From positions 13,359 through 77,358 of the forward strand of contig JAIESX010000013.1 of assembly GCA_019745555.1 (NCBI GenBank): DNA of 64,000 bases. The letters run 5' to 3'. The DNA comes from Burkholderiaceae bacterium (lineage in GTDB: Bacteria > Pseudomonadota > Gammaproteobacteria > Burkholderiales > Burkholderiaceae_C). This document shows positions 10,434 through 18,931 of this stretch, piece by piece (the stretch's first letter is position 1; each line of letters begins with the position of its first letter). Made by a program: the position numbers and the translations under genes. Under the pieces are notes generated by a model. It searched no databases, was not told the DNA's origin, and worked only from the letters and a program-made list of their open reading frames with translations.

Positions 10434-11087
10434 ATGTTCATCGGCCACTTCGCGCTCGGTTTCGCCGCCAAGTCCGCGGCCCCGCAGGTCTCGCTGGGTA
10501 CGCTGTTCCTGGCCGCGCAGTTCATCGACCTGCTCTGGCCCACCTTCCTCTTCATGGGGCTGGAGCGTGTGCGCATCGAGCCCGGCGCCACCGCGGTCGT
10601 GCCCCTGATCTTCGAGCACTATCCCTACACCCACAGCCTGCTGGCCGTGCTGGGCTGGGCGGTGCTGATCGGCGGTCTGCACTACCTGCTGATGCGCGAC
10701 CGCCGCTCCGCTGGCGTACTGGGTCTGCTGGTGCTGAGCCACTGGGTGCTGGACCTGCTGGTGCACAAGCCTGATCTGCAGATCCTGCCCTGGTCGGACA
10801 CGGTGGTGGGCCTGCGCCTGTGGTCTTCGCTGACCCTGACCCTGGCGCTGGAGGTGCCCCTCTTCATGTTGGGCGTGTGGCTCTATGCCCGCAGCACCCG
10901 CGCGGGCGACGCGGGCGGGCGCTGGGGCCTGGTGGGTCTGGTGCTCTTCCTCTTCGTGGTCTACGCCGGCAACGTGCTGGGCAGCCCGCCGCCCAGCGTG
11001 GCGGCCATCGCCTGGGTCGGACAGCTGCAGTGGCTGTTGGTGTTGCTGGGCTACTGGGTCGATCGCCACCGCCGGGTACGTGGCTGA
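10434..11087 (+). CDS. Membrane-bound putative metal-dependent hydrolase (YdjM-like)
   Basis: Multiple TM helices with GH, D, THS and SHWVLD..VH motifs. Confidence 0.65.
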   Translation: MFIGHFALGFAAKSAAPQVSLGTLFLAAQFIDLLWPTFLFMGLERVRIEPGATAVVPLIFEHYPYTHSLLAVLGWAVLIGGLHYLLMRDRRSAGVLGLLVLSHWVLDLLVHKPDLQILPWSDTVVGLRLWSSLTLTLALEVPLFMLGVWLYARSTRAGDAGGRWGLVGLVLFLFVVYAGNVLGSPPPSVAAIAWVGQLQWLLVLLGYWVDRHRRVRG

Positions 11088-11153
11088 GTACCCGGCGCGG
11101 ACCCGGGCTGCTACCCTATCGCCAACCATATTGCACGGGGCACAGGAGGCCGC

Positions 11154-13184
11154 ATGGATCCGAGTCAGACACCGCAGGGGCGCACATCGCGCATGGTGGC
11201 GCTGCTGTTGGCCCTGCTCCCTGTGCTGCTGGTGACGCTGCTTTACTACAAGCAGAACGCCTTTCTGGAAGGTTTCGAGGCCCGGACCTATGACCTGCGC
11301 TTCAAGAGCCTGCGCGGCCCCATCCCGGTCCACCCGGACATTGCCATCATCACCATCGATGACAGGAGCATCCAGGCCCTGGGGCGTTTCCCCTGGACGC
11401 GTCAGCACTACGTGCAGTTGCTGGAACGCCTCGAAACCGCCAAACCCAGGGTGCTGCTCTTCGACGTTTTCTTCCCCGAGGCCGAGCGTGCCGAGGTGGA
11501 CCAGGCGCTGGCCGAGGCCATCCGCCGTGCTGGCAATGTGGTGCTGGCCACCACCTTTGCGTTCGACCGCCAGTTCCGTGTCGTCGGCAGCACCGGCAGC
11601 CTGCCGGGGATCGAGCGTGCAGCTGCCGGCATCGCCCACATCAACCTGATTCCCGAAGAGGATGGCGTCAACCGCCGCAACCTGCTGCTGATCGGGCACG
11701 ATGGCCGTGCCGTGCCCTCGCTGGGGCTGGCGGCGGCCATGCACACGCTCGGTGAGCCGCAGTTCACCAGCGCGTCCTTCCGCGTCGAGCTGGGCGGGCG
11801 CAGTATCCCCGTGGGCCCGGACGGCGAGCTCTGGATCAACTACACAGGCGCGCCCGGCAACTACCCGCGCTATTCCTTCGTCGACGTGCTGCAGGGGCGG
11901 GTCGATCCGGCCCTGCTGCGCGGCAAGACGGTCTTCCTCGGCGCCACGGCCCTGGGTATCTATGACATGCGGGTCACGCCCTTCCACGCCAACACGCCCG
12001 GGGTCGAGGTGCATGCAGCTGTGGCCGACGACATCCTGAGCCAGCGCTACATCCGTCGCACGGGTCTGCAGTCGCTGTTCGACCTGGCCATGATCGTGGC
12101 ACTGGGCGGTGTCGCTTTCGCGCTGACGGCGCGCCTGCGCCTGCACCGCGCCATCCCGGCCGTGCTGGCGCTGGGTGCGGCCTACCTGGGCCTGAGCTAC
12201 TGGCTCTTCCTGCAGGGGCAGTGGGTCAGTATGGTCTACCCGCCGCTGGCCGCGCTGCTCGCCCTGCTGCTGGGCGGGGGCTGGCGTTACATGGTGCTGG
12301 AGCGCAGCGCGCGCGAGATGCGTGCCATGTTCTCGAGCTACCTCTCCAACAAGCTCGTCAGCCAGCTCGAGAAGAACCCGGGTGCGGCGCGCATCGGTGG
12401 CGACAACCGCGAAGTCACGGTGATGTTCACCGACATCAAGGGCTTCACCGCCTTCAGCGAGCGCCACAAGCCCCAGGTGGTGGTGGCGCGCCTCAACGAG
12501 TACCTGGCGGCCATGGTGCAGCTGATCTATGCGCACGACGGCACGGTGGACAAGTTCATGGGCGACGGCATCATGGCCTATTGGGGTGCGCCGCTGTCCC
12601 AGCCCGACCATGCCCGGCGCGCCGTGGCCTGTGCGCTGGCAATGAAGCAGCTCATGGCCGAACTCGGCGAGCGCTGGCGTGCCCAGGGCCTGGAGCCCTT
12701 CGTGATCCGCGGCGGCATCCAGAGCGGTGACGTGGTGGCCGGCAACATCGGCTCGCGCGGGCAGAAGATGGAGTACACGGTGATCGGCGATACGGTCAAC
12801 CAGGCCTCGCGCCTGGAAGGCATGGCCAAGTACTACGGCGTGGACTTCGTGGTTGGCGACGAGACCTACCTCAAGACCTGCGACAGCTTCCGCTACCGCC
12901 GCCTGGACCGCGTGCGTGTGGCCGGCAAGGACATCCCCGTGGCCATCCATGAGCTGCGCGGGGCCGTCCAGGCGCAGGAAGACCGGTTGGAGACCCTGTT
13001 CGCCGCGGCGCTGGGCCAGTTCCGTCAGCAGCAGTGGGAGGCGGCCGAGCAAGCCTTTCTGGCCATCCTGGCCGAGTACCCCAACGACATGCCGAGCCGG
13101 CTATATTTCGAGCGCTGCCTGCAGTTCAAGGCGGCGCCGGCGGGGCCCGAATGGGATGGCGTGTTCAACCGGCAGGACAAGTAG
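11154..13184 (+). CDS. CHASE2-domain class III adenylate cyclase
   Basis: CHASE2 motifs (IDDRSI..LGRFPWTR, DGVNR, PGVEVHA), three TM helices, cyclase motifs FTDIKGFT, VDKFMGDGIMA and YTVIGDTVNQASRLEG, and a C-terminal TPR-like tail ending WDGVF. Confidence 0.92.
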   Translation: MDPSQTPQGRTSRMVALLLALLPVLLVTLLYYKQNAFLEGFEARTYDLRFKSLRGPIPVHPDIAIITIDDRSIQALGRFPWTRQHYVQLLERLETAKPRVLLFDVFFPEAERAEVDQALAEAIRRAGNVVLATTFAFDRQFRVVGSTGSLPGIERAAAGIAHINLIPEEDGVNRRNLLLIGHDGRAVPSLGLAAAMHTLGEPQFTSASFRVELGGRSIPVGPDGELWINYTGAPGNYPRYSFVDVLQGRVDPALLRGKTVFLGATALGIYDMRVTPFHANTPGVEVHAAVADDILSQRYIRRTGLQSLFDLAMIVALGGVAFALTARLRLHRAIPAVLALGAAYLGLSYWLFLQGQWVSMVYPPLAALLALLLGGGWRYMVLERSAREMRAMFSSYLSNKLVSQLEKNPGAARIGGDNREVTVMFTDIKGFTAFSERHKPQVVVARLNEYLAAMVQLIYAHDGTVDKFMGDGIMAYWGAPLSQPDHARRAVACALAMKQLMAELGERWRAQGLEPFVIRGGIQSGDVVAGNIGSRGQKMEYTVIGDTVNQASRLEGMAKYYGVDFVVGDETYLKTCDSFRYRRLDRVRVAGKDIPVAIHELRGAVQAQEDRLETLFAAALGQFRQQQWEAAEQAFLAILAEYPNDMPSRLYFERCLQFKAAPAGPEWDGVFNRQDK

Positions 13185-13198
13185 AGAGGACCGACATC

Positions 13199-16100
13199 AT
13201 GCGTCTCATCACCATCGCCGCCCTGGGCCTGCTGCTGCAGGGTGCCGTGCTCGCGCAGGGCAGCGCGCCGGCCCGGGTCGAGTACGTCCGGCCCATTCCC
13301 GCCCCCGAGACCCGCAAGCTGCTGGGCACGGATGGCCAGCATCTCTACGTGGCGCGCAAGAGCGGGCAGGTCGACGCGCTGGAAGTCGGTACCGGCCAGC
13401 CTGCCTTCAGCCTGCAAATGAAGGATGCGCGCGGCGGCAAGCTGCTGGGGCAGGCGGAGTCGGTGGCCGTGTCCGAGGACACGGTCTATGTGCTCGACAG
13501 CGACGAGAACCGCGTCGTGATGTACGGCCGCGACGGCAAGCACAAGGGCCAGTTCGGCAGCCGCAGCAGCGAGGGCGGCCTGTCCTCGCCCCAGGGCATC
13601 GCCTACGCCGGCGGCATCGTCTACGTGGCCGATACCGGCAACCGGCGCATCCAGCTGTATGGCGACAACGGTGTCTTCCTCTACACCCTGCCCATCGACA
13701 GCGTGCCCGCCAACAAGGCGCTGGACGAGCAGAAGGTGCCCTACCGGCTGGAAAAACCCATCGCCGTGGCGGTGGACGCGGCAGGGCAGATCCATGTGCT
13801 GGACAACGCGGGGGGCCTGTTCAGCGACCGCTCGCAGGTCAAGGTCTACGCCTCTGACGGGCGCCACCTGCGTCTGCTGTCCAAGAATGGCAAGCCTGTG
13901 GCCCTGCAGCTCGCGCACGACGGGGTGTTCGTGGCCGATGCTGAAAATTACGCCATCCAGCGCTATGACGGTCAGGGACGCATGGCCGGGCTTTTCGGTT
14001 CACGCGGCGATGGCCGGGGCCAGTTCCAGAGCCTGGCTGGCCTGACGGTTGCCGCGGGTCAGGTCTATGTGGGCGACCGTGAGCGCGGCCTGGTCCATCA
14101 TTTCCGTACGGCAGCCGCGGCGCTGGCGCAGGCCACGCCGGGCGCCGGCGGCCAGCCCTCGGTGCGCTGGCAGCAGAGCCTGCCGCTGGCCGCCAGCCGC
14201 CTGGCCTGGGACGGCAAGGACACGCTGGTGGCCGTGGCGCGCGACCGCGAGGTCCTGTTGCGCCACCAGGGCGGCAAGACCACGGAGATGCCGCTCAGGG
14301 GCATCCGGCCCACGGCTCTGGCCTTCGACAAGGCCGGCGCGCTCTGGGTGCTGGAGCGCGGCAACGACAGGCTGCACAAGCTCGATGCCGAGGGCAAACC
14401 GGTACTGACCGTCGGTCGCAGTGGCAGCCGCAACGGGCAATTCGACGGCCCCAATGATTTCGTCATCGCCAGTGACGGCAGCATCTACGTGGCCGATAGC
14501 GGCAACGGCCGCATCCAGGGCTTCAGCCCCGATGGTGTCTTCTTCAAGCTCATCGACAGGGGCGTGAAAGACAGGCTCGGCCGCCCCTCGGCCCTGGCCA
14601 TCGACGACAAGGACCAGCTTTTCGTGCTCGACACCAGCCGTGGCAGCGTCACGGTGTACTCGGCCGCGGGTGAAGCGCTGCGCGAGTTCGGCAACGACCC
14701 GGCGCGCGAGGACGAGCGTTTGCGCGATCCCGTGAGCCTGATGGCGACGCAGGAAGAGATCTTCGTGCTTGCGCCCGACCGCGTGCGCGTCTACAGCCAC
14801 GAAGGCCGCCTGCTGCGCGGTTTCGGCACCGCGGGCAATGCCGCCGGCGAGCTGGCCCAGGCCGAGGCCATCGCCGTGCGTGACGCGAGCAGCTTTTTCA
14901 TCGCCGAGCGCGGCGAGTCCCGCGTGCAGCTCTTCAGCACCCAGTACCGCCCGCGCGCACCGCAGCAGGTGGCTGCACAGGCCGTGGTGCACGGGGTGGA
15001 GCTGCGTTGGGCGGCTTCGCCGCTAGCCTATGTCCAGCAGTACCGCATCTACCGCGCCGAAAACGAGGCTGGCCCCTGGCTGCCCGTGGGCAGCAGCAAG
15101 ACCGCGGGCTACGTGGACAGCGGCCTCAAGCCCGGCCTGAGTTTCCATTACCGCGTCGCGGCGGCCACGGCCGAGGGCCGCGAGGGCCCGGCCAGCGCAG
15201 CGGTCAGCGGCGCCGCGCTGCAGTACACACCGCCGCCAATGGAGGAAGTCAAGGCCGAGGCCGGGACGTCGCGCGTGCGGCTGAGCTGGAAGCCGTTCGA
15301 TCCCAAGCTGGTCACGGCCTACGTTCTCTACCAGAAGGATGGCGAAAAGTTCAGCAAGCTGGCCGAGAGCAGCGGCGCCGAATTCCAGCGCGACAACCTC
15401 AACCCCGGCACGGCCTACACCCTGTACGTGTCTGCGCGCAGCGTGGATGGTGTGGAGTCGGAGAAGCAGGCTGTGCAATTCAGCACCCAGGCCGACACGC
15501 GCGCGCCGCTGGACATCGACGCGACCCATCTGCACAACGTCTTTTCCAACAGCTACAAGCTCTACGAGAAGGACGGCGTGGGCACGATCAAGCTCACGAA
15601 CAACACGCGCAACCCCATGAACGACATCAAGGTCAGCTTCGTGCTGAACAACTTCATGGATTTTCCGACCGAGCAGCGCATCCCCGAACTGGCCCCGGGG
15701 GCCAGCCGTGAAGTCGTGCTCAAGGCCGTGTTCAACAACAACATCCTGACGCTCACCGAGGACACGCCGGTGCAGGCCAAGATCGAGGCGGGCTATTTCG
15801 AGAACGGGCAGGCCAAGGTCTACAGCCAGATCAAGACGCTGAACATCTACGACAAGCACCGCATGAGCTGGGACGAGCGCGAGCGCTACGCCGCCTTCAT
15901 CACGCCCAAGGATCCGCTGGTGATCAACTTCGCGCGCGCGGTGGCCTCGGAATTCGGCGCCAGCAAGGAGCCTACGCAGCTGGCCGCAGCCCTGTTCAAC
16001 ACCTTGGGCGCACTGGGGGTGACCTATGTGCAGGACCCGACCAATCCCTATCAGGTGACCTCGAACAAGGTCGACTACGTGGACTACATCCAGTACCCGC

Positions 16101-16990
16101 GCGAGACCCTGCAGCGCCGCTCGGGCGACTGCGACGACCTCGTGGCGCTCTATGCGGCAGCGCTGGAGAGCCTGGGCATCTCCACCCGCAAGCTGCTGGT
16201 GCCGGGCCACATGCTCATGATGCTGGCCACGGGCGTCGAAGCGCCGGCCGACGGCTACACCATGGACAACATGTACGTCGCGCACGAGGGCATGCTCTGG
16301 ATCCCGGTCGAGGTGACGCTGGTCGGCAAATCCTTCATCAAGGCCTGGGAGACGGGGGCCGCGACCTATTACCGCGAGAAGGGCAAGGAAGGCTTTGCCA
16401 TCTTCGACGTGCATGCCGCCTGGGAGAAGTTCAAGCCCGCGGGCCTGCCCGACGACCCCTGGCGTGCGCCCCAGGTCACGCGCGAGGTGATCGAGCGCAA
16501 TTTCCCCGGCGACCTGCTCTCGGTGCTCAAGATCAGTTCGCAGACGCTGACGCGCCGCTACCTGCAGGCCATCCAGAAAAATCCGTCCGACATGGACGCC
16601 CATCTGCAGGTAGGCATCATCCTGGCGCGCCAGGGTGACCGCGCGGAGTCGCGCAAGTACTTCCGCAAGGTGGTCGAGACCCAGCCGCGCAACGCGGCCG
16701 CGCTCAACAACCTGGGCAACCTGCACATGCTCGACAGCCAGTACGCCGAGGCGCAGAAGCTCTATGCCGACGCGGCCAAGGCCGACCCCAAGGACGCCGA
16801 GATCCTGGTCAACCTGGCCCAGGCCTACAAGGCCGGCAAGAACGTGGACAAGGCCAAGGAGGCCTATGCCCAGGCGCAGAAGATCGATCCGGCTATGGCC
16901 AGCAAGTACAAGGCTTTGGGCCTGGAGCTCATGAACACCCTGTCGTCAACGCGTGCCCGGCCGGCAGCTGCACCGCGCGAGAAAAAATAG
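13199..16990 (+). CDS. Large secreted multidomain protein: NHL beta-propellers + FN3 + Ig-like + transglutaminase-like domain + TPR
   Basis: Signal peptide MRLITIAALGLLLQGAVLA. Repeated NHL motifs (PQGIA..VYVADTGNRRIQ, IYVADSGNGRIQ). FN3-like segments (LRW..YRIYRA..Y.D.GL.PG..YRV). YPRETLQRRSGDCDD..GH..WIPVE. TPRs (AALNNLGNLH). RBS agagagg. Confidence 0.8.
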   Translation: MRLITIAALGLLLQGAVLAQGSAPARVEYVRPIPAPETRKLLGTDGQHLYVARKSGQVDALEVGTGQPAFSLQMKDARGGKLLGQAESVAVSEDTVYVLDSDENRVVMYGRDGKHKGQFGSRSSEGGLSSPQGIAYAGGIVYVADTGNRRIQLYGDNGVFLYTLPIDSVPANKALDEQKVPYRLEKPIAVAVDAAGQIHVLDNAGGLFSDRSQVKVYASDGRHLRLLSKNGKPVALQLAHDGVFVADAENYAIQRYDGQGRMAGLFGSRGDGRGQFQSLAGLTVAAGQVYVGDRERGLVHHFRTAAAALAQATPGAGGQPSVRWQQSLPLAASRLAWDGKDTLVAVARDREVLLRHQGGKTTEMPLRGIRPTALAFDKAGALWVLERGNDRLHKLDAEGKPVLTVGRSGSRNGQFDGPNDFVIASDGSIYVADSGNGRIQGFSPDGVFFKLIDRGVKDRLGRPSALAIDDKDQLFVLDTSRGSVTVYSAAGEALREFGNDPAREDERLRDPVSLMATQEEIFVLAPDRVRVYSHEGRLLRGFGTAGNAAGELAQAEAIAVRDASSFFIAERGESRVQLFSTQYRPRAPQQVAAQAVVHGVELRWAASPLAYVQQYRIYRAENEAGPWLPVGSSKTAGYVDSGLKPGLSFHYRVAAATAEGREGPASAAVSGAALQYTPPPMEEVKAEAGTSRVRLSWKPFDPKLVTAYVLYQKDGEKFSKLAESSGAEFQRDNLNPGTAYTLYVSARSVDGVESEKQAVQFSTQADTRAPLDIDATHLHNVFSNSYKLYEKDGVGTIKLTNNTRNPMNDIKVSFVLNNFMDFPTEQRIPELAPGASREVVLKAVFNNNILTLTEDTPVQAKIEAGYFENGQAKVYSQIKTLNIYDKHRMSWDERERYAAFITPKDPLVINFARAVASEFGASKEPTQLAAALFNTLGALGVTYVQDPTNPYQVTSNKVDYVDYIQYPRETLQRRSGDCDDLVALYAAALESLGISTRKLLVPGHMLMMLATGVEAPADGYTMDNMYVAHEGMLWIPVEVTLVGKSFIKAWETGAATYYREKGKEGFAIFDVHAAWEKFKPAGLPDDPWRAPQVTREVIERNFPGDLLSVLKISSQTLTRRYLQAIQKNPSDMDAHLQVGIILARQGDRAESRKYFRKVVETQPRNAAALNNLGNLHMLDSQYAEAQKLYADAAKADPKDAEILVNLAQAYKAGKNVDKAKEAYAQAQKIDPAMASKYKALGLELMNTLSSTRARPAAAPREKK

Positions 16991-17013
16991 ACAGACGGCT
17001 GCCCGGGTTTCGC

Positions 17014-17038
17014 CGGCGGGCTTGAATTCAGCCCGCCG
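17014..17038. other. Strong intergenic hairpin without a U-tract
   Basis: cggcgggct-tgaattc-agcccgccg, a 9-bp stem. Confidence 0.55.
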
Positions 17039-17085
17039 TCCCCGATACTCCTGGGCATGCACGCCGTGACCCCTGGAGTCCTGCC

Positions 17086-17481
17086 ATGAAGAAACTGATG
17101 CCCCTGCTGTTGGCCCTCGCCATGCCGCTGGCCCATGCCCAGAGCGGTGCCCCCGGTGATTCCTGGTCCGGTTTCTGGGAGCGCCTGCGCATGAAGATCG
17201 AGCAGATGACACCGCAGAAGAAGCTGGGCACCACCACGGCCGTGGGCGGTGTGCGTGGCTCGGCCGTCGAGGCCAGCGATGTCTACTGGAAGGGCGAGGC
17301 CAAGCCTCTGTCCATTGATGCCGATGAACTGGCGGCCTTCCAGAAGGCCATGGGCCTGGTCGAGGCTGACCAGAAGGAACAGGCCCAGACGGCCTTTACC
17401 GAGTTTGCCAAGGCCTATCCCCACAGCGCGCTCAAGGCCGATGCCGACCAGGCCATGGCGCGTTTGCTTGCGGGCAAGTAA
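17086..17481 (+). CDS. Small secreted hypothetical protein with a C-terminal TPR-like (YbgF-type) helix pair
   Basis: Signal peptide MKKLMPLLLALAMPLAHA, TTAVGGVRGS motif, AFTEFAKAYPHSALKADA helical motif. Typical codon usage. Confidence 0.7.
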   Translation: MKKLMPLLLALAMPLAHAQSGAPGDSWSGFWERLRMKIEQMTPQKKLGTTTAVGGVRGSAVEASDVYWKGEAKPLSIDADELAAFQKAMGLVEADQKEQAQTAFTEFAKAYPHSALKADADQAMARLLAGK

Positions 17482-17552
17482 GGCTTTGTTGCACCGGGGT
17501 TAAAGAGTCGCACTCCTGTGCTACGGTACGCACCGTAGCCGGAGGAGCCTGC

Positions 17553-18101
17553 GTGCGTTTCTTGTTGTCGATGTTGGTATTGGGCCTGTCGTTCGCACTG
17601 CCTGCGCAGGCAGCCTGTGATCCGGGCGAGGGGACATGGGACAGGCTCTGTCGTGAGCTGTCCGACACCTGGACCCAGGGGCGCGAGGAGGTCTACCTTC
17701 CGTTTCGCGCCCATCACCTGCGCTACGCCTACACCCGCGAAAAGATCGACAGCTACCGCGAGGATGCCTGGGGCCTGGGCTATGGCCGCAGCCGCTATGA
17801 CGCCGATGGCAACTGGCACGGCTGGTACGGCATGGTCTTTCTCGACTCGCACAGCAAGGCCCAGCCCATCGTGGGCTACGGTTACCAGTGGGTCTGGGGG
17901 CCGCCCACGGGGCTGCATGCCGGCCTGGGCTATACGGTGCTCGTCACGGCGCGTGCCGACGTCGGCAATTACATGCCGATTCCGGGGGTGCTGCCGATAG
18001 CCTCGCTGAGTTACGGCCGGGTCACGCTCAACGCCACCTTCCTGCCGGGCGGAACGGGCTACGGCAACATCGTTTTTCTCTGGGGCCGCGTCGGTTTCTG
18101 A
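17553..18101 (+). CDS. pagP: Lipid A palmitoyltransferase PagP/CrcA-like outer-membrane protein
   Basis: Signal peptide, H.R.AY..EKIDSY.E.AWG.GYG, GMVFLDSH, P..GYGY, PIPGVLPIASL, terminal Phe. Confidence 0.8.
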   Translation: MRFLLSMLVLGLSFALPAQAACDPGEGTWDRLCRELSDTWTQGREEVYLPFRAHHLRYAYTREKIDSYREDAWGLGYGRSRYDADGNWHGWYGMVFLDSHSKAQPIVGYGYQWVWGPPTGLHAGLGYTVLVTARADVGNYMPIPGVLPIASLSYGRVTLNATFLPGGTGYGNIVFLWGRVGF

Positions 18102-18110
18102 GCCCCTGCC

Positions 18111-18929
18111 TCATCGGCCCAGAAAACCCCGGATGGCCGCCAGTGTCTCTTCGGGGGCTTCCGTCATCTGGTGATGGCCCACGGGCAGGTTCAGAACCTC
18201 GAACTGTTTGCCGCTCTCGCGTGCCAGTGCGATCAGGCCCTGGGCGTTCTTCGCCAGGGTCATCTGGTCCTGGGCCCCGAGCAGGAAGAGCACGGGGCAG
18301 GTGATGGCGCGCAGGGCTGCTTCACCCCCGGCGTAGCGGTCGCAGGCCAGGAAGCCGCGGTGGAAGACGTTGACCTTGGCGTTGCTGGCCAGCACGCGCC
18401 GGCCCAGGGCCAGGCTGGCGCCATAGACCCAGGTGCCCGGGCCCAGGGCCGAGGGTGGGGCGGCCAGGGTGCTGCGGGAAAACACGTTGATCATCTTCAG
18501 CGCCTTTTCGGGCTCGTGAAGCGCGGCGTCGAGCAGGGCCTGCGAGACCTTCATGGGATAGGCCGTGCCTACGAGCACGAGGTGGCTGATGCGTTCCTTG
18601 AGCCGGCCCGCGGTTTCCAGCGCGATCAGCGAGCCCCAGCTGTGGCCCACGAGCGCGGCGCGCTGCACCCCCGCAGCGTCGAGCAGGGCGGCGATGAAGT
18701 CGGCGGCCTCTTCCACCGTGGACGGGGCCTCGCCTGCGCTGCGGCAATGGCCGGGCAGGTCCACCGCCAGCACGTTCCAGCCGTGGTGGGCCAGATAGCG
18801 GCTCTGCAGGATCCAGACGCTGTGGTCGTTGAGCACGCCGTGGATCATGACCATGGTGGGTTTGGCGGCATCGAAGGGCTTGCCGCCCGTGTAGCAATAG
18901 GTCTTGGCGCCGTTGACGGTGACTTCCAT
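18111..18929 (-). CDS. Alpha/beta hydrolase
   Basis: IHG, DLPGH, GHSWG nucleophile elbow, GHH. Confidence 0.9.
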   Translation of the reverse strand: MEVTVNGAKTYCYTGGKPFDAAKPTMVMIHGVLNDHSVWILQSRYLAHHGWNVLAVDLPGHCRSAGEAPSTVEEAADFIAALLDAAGVQRAALVGHSWGSLIALETAGRLKERISHLVLVGTAYPMKVSQALLDAALHEPEKALKMINVFSRSTLAAPPSALGPGTWVYGASLALGRRVLASNAKVNVFHRGFLACDRYAGGEAALRAITCPVLFLLGAQDQMTLAKNAQGLIALARESGKQFEVLNLPVGHHQMTEAPEETLAAIRGFLGR

Positions 18930-18931
18930 GA

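Noticed and set aside
9861-13052. 1063-aa minus-strand ORF and other long antisense ORFs (e.g. 46505-48898, 57705-59759, 15023-16726)
   Set aside because: Shadow ORFs of high-GC coding genes on the opposite strand, with no motifs of their own.
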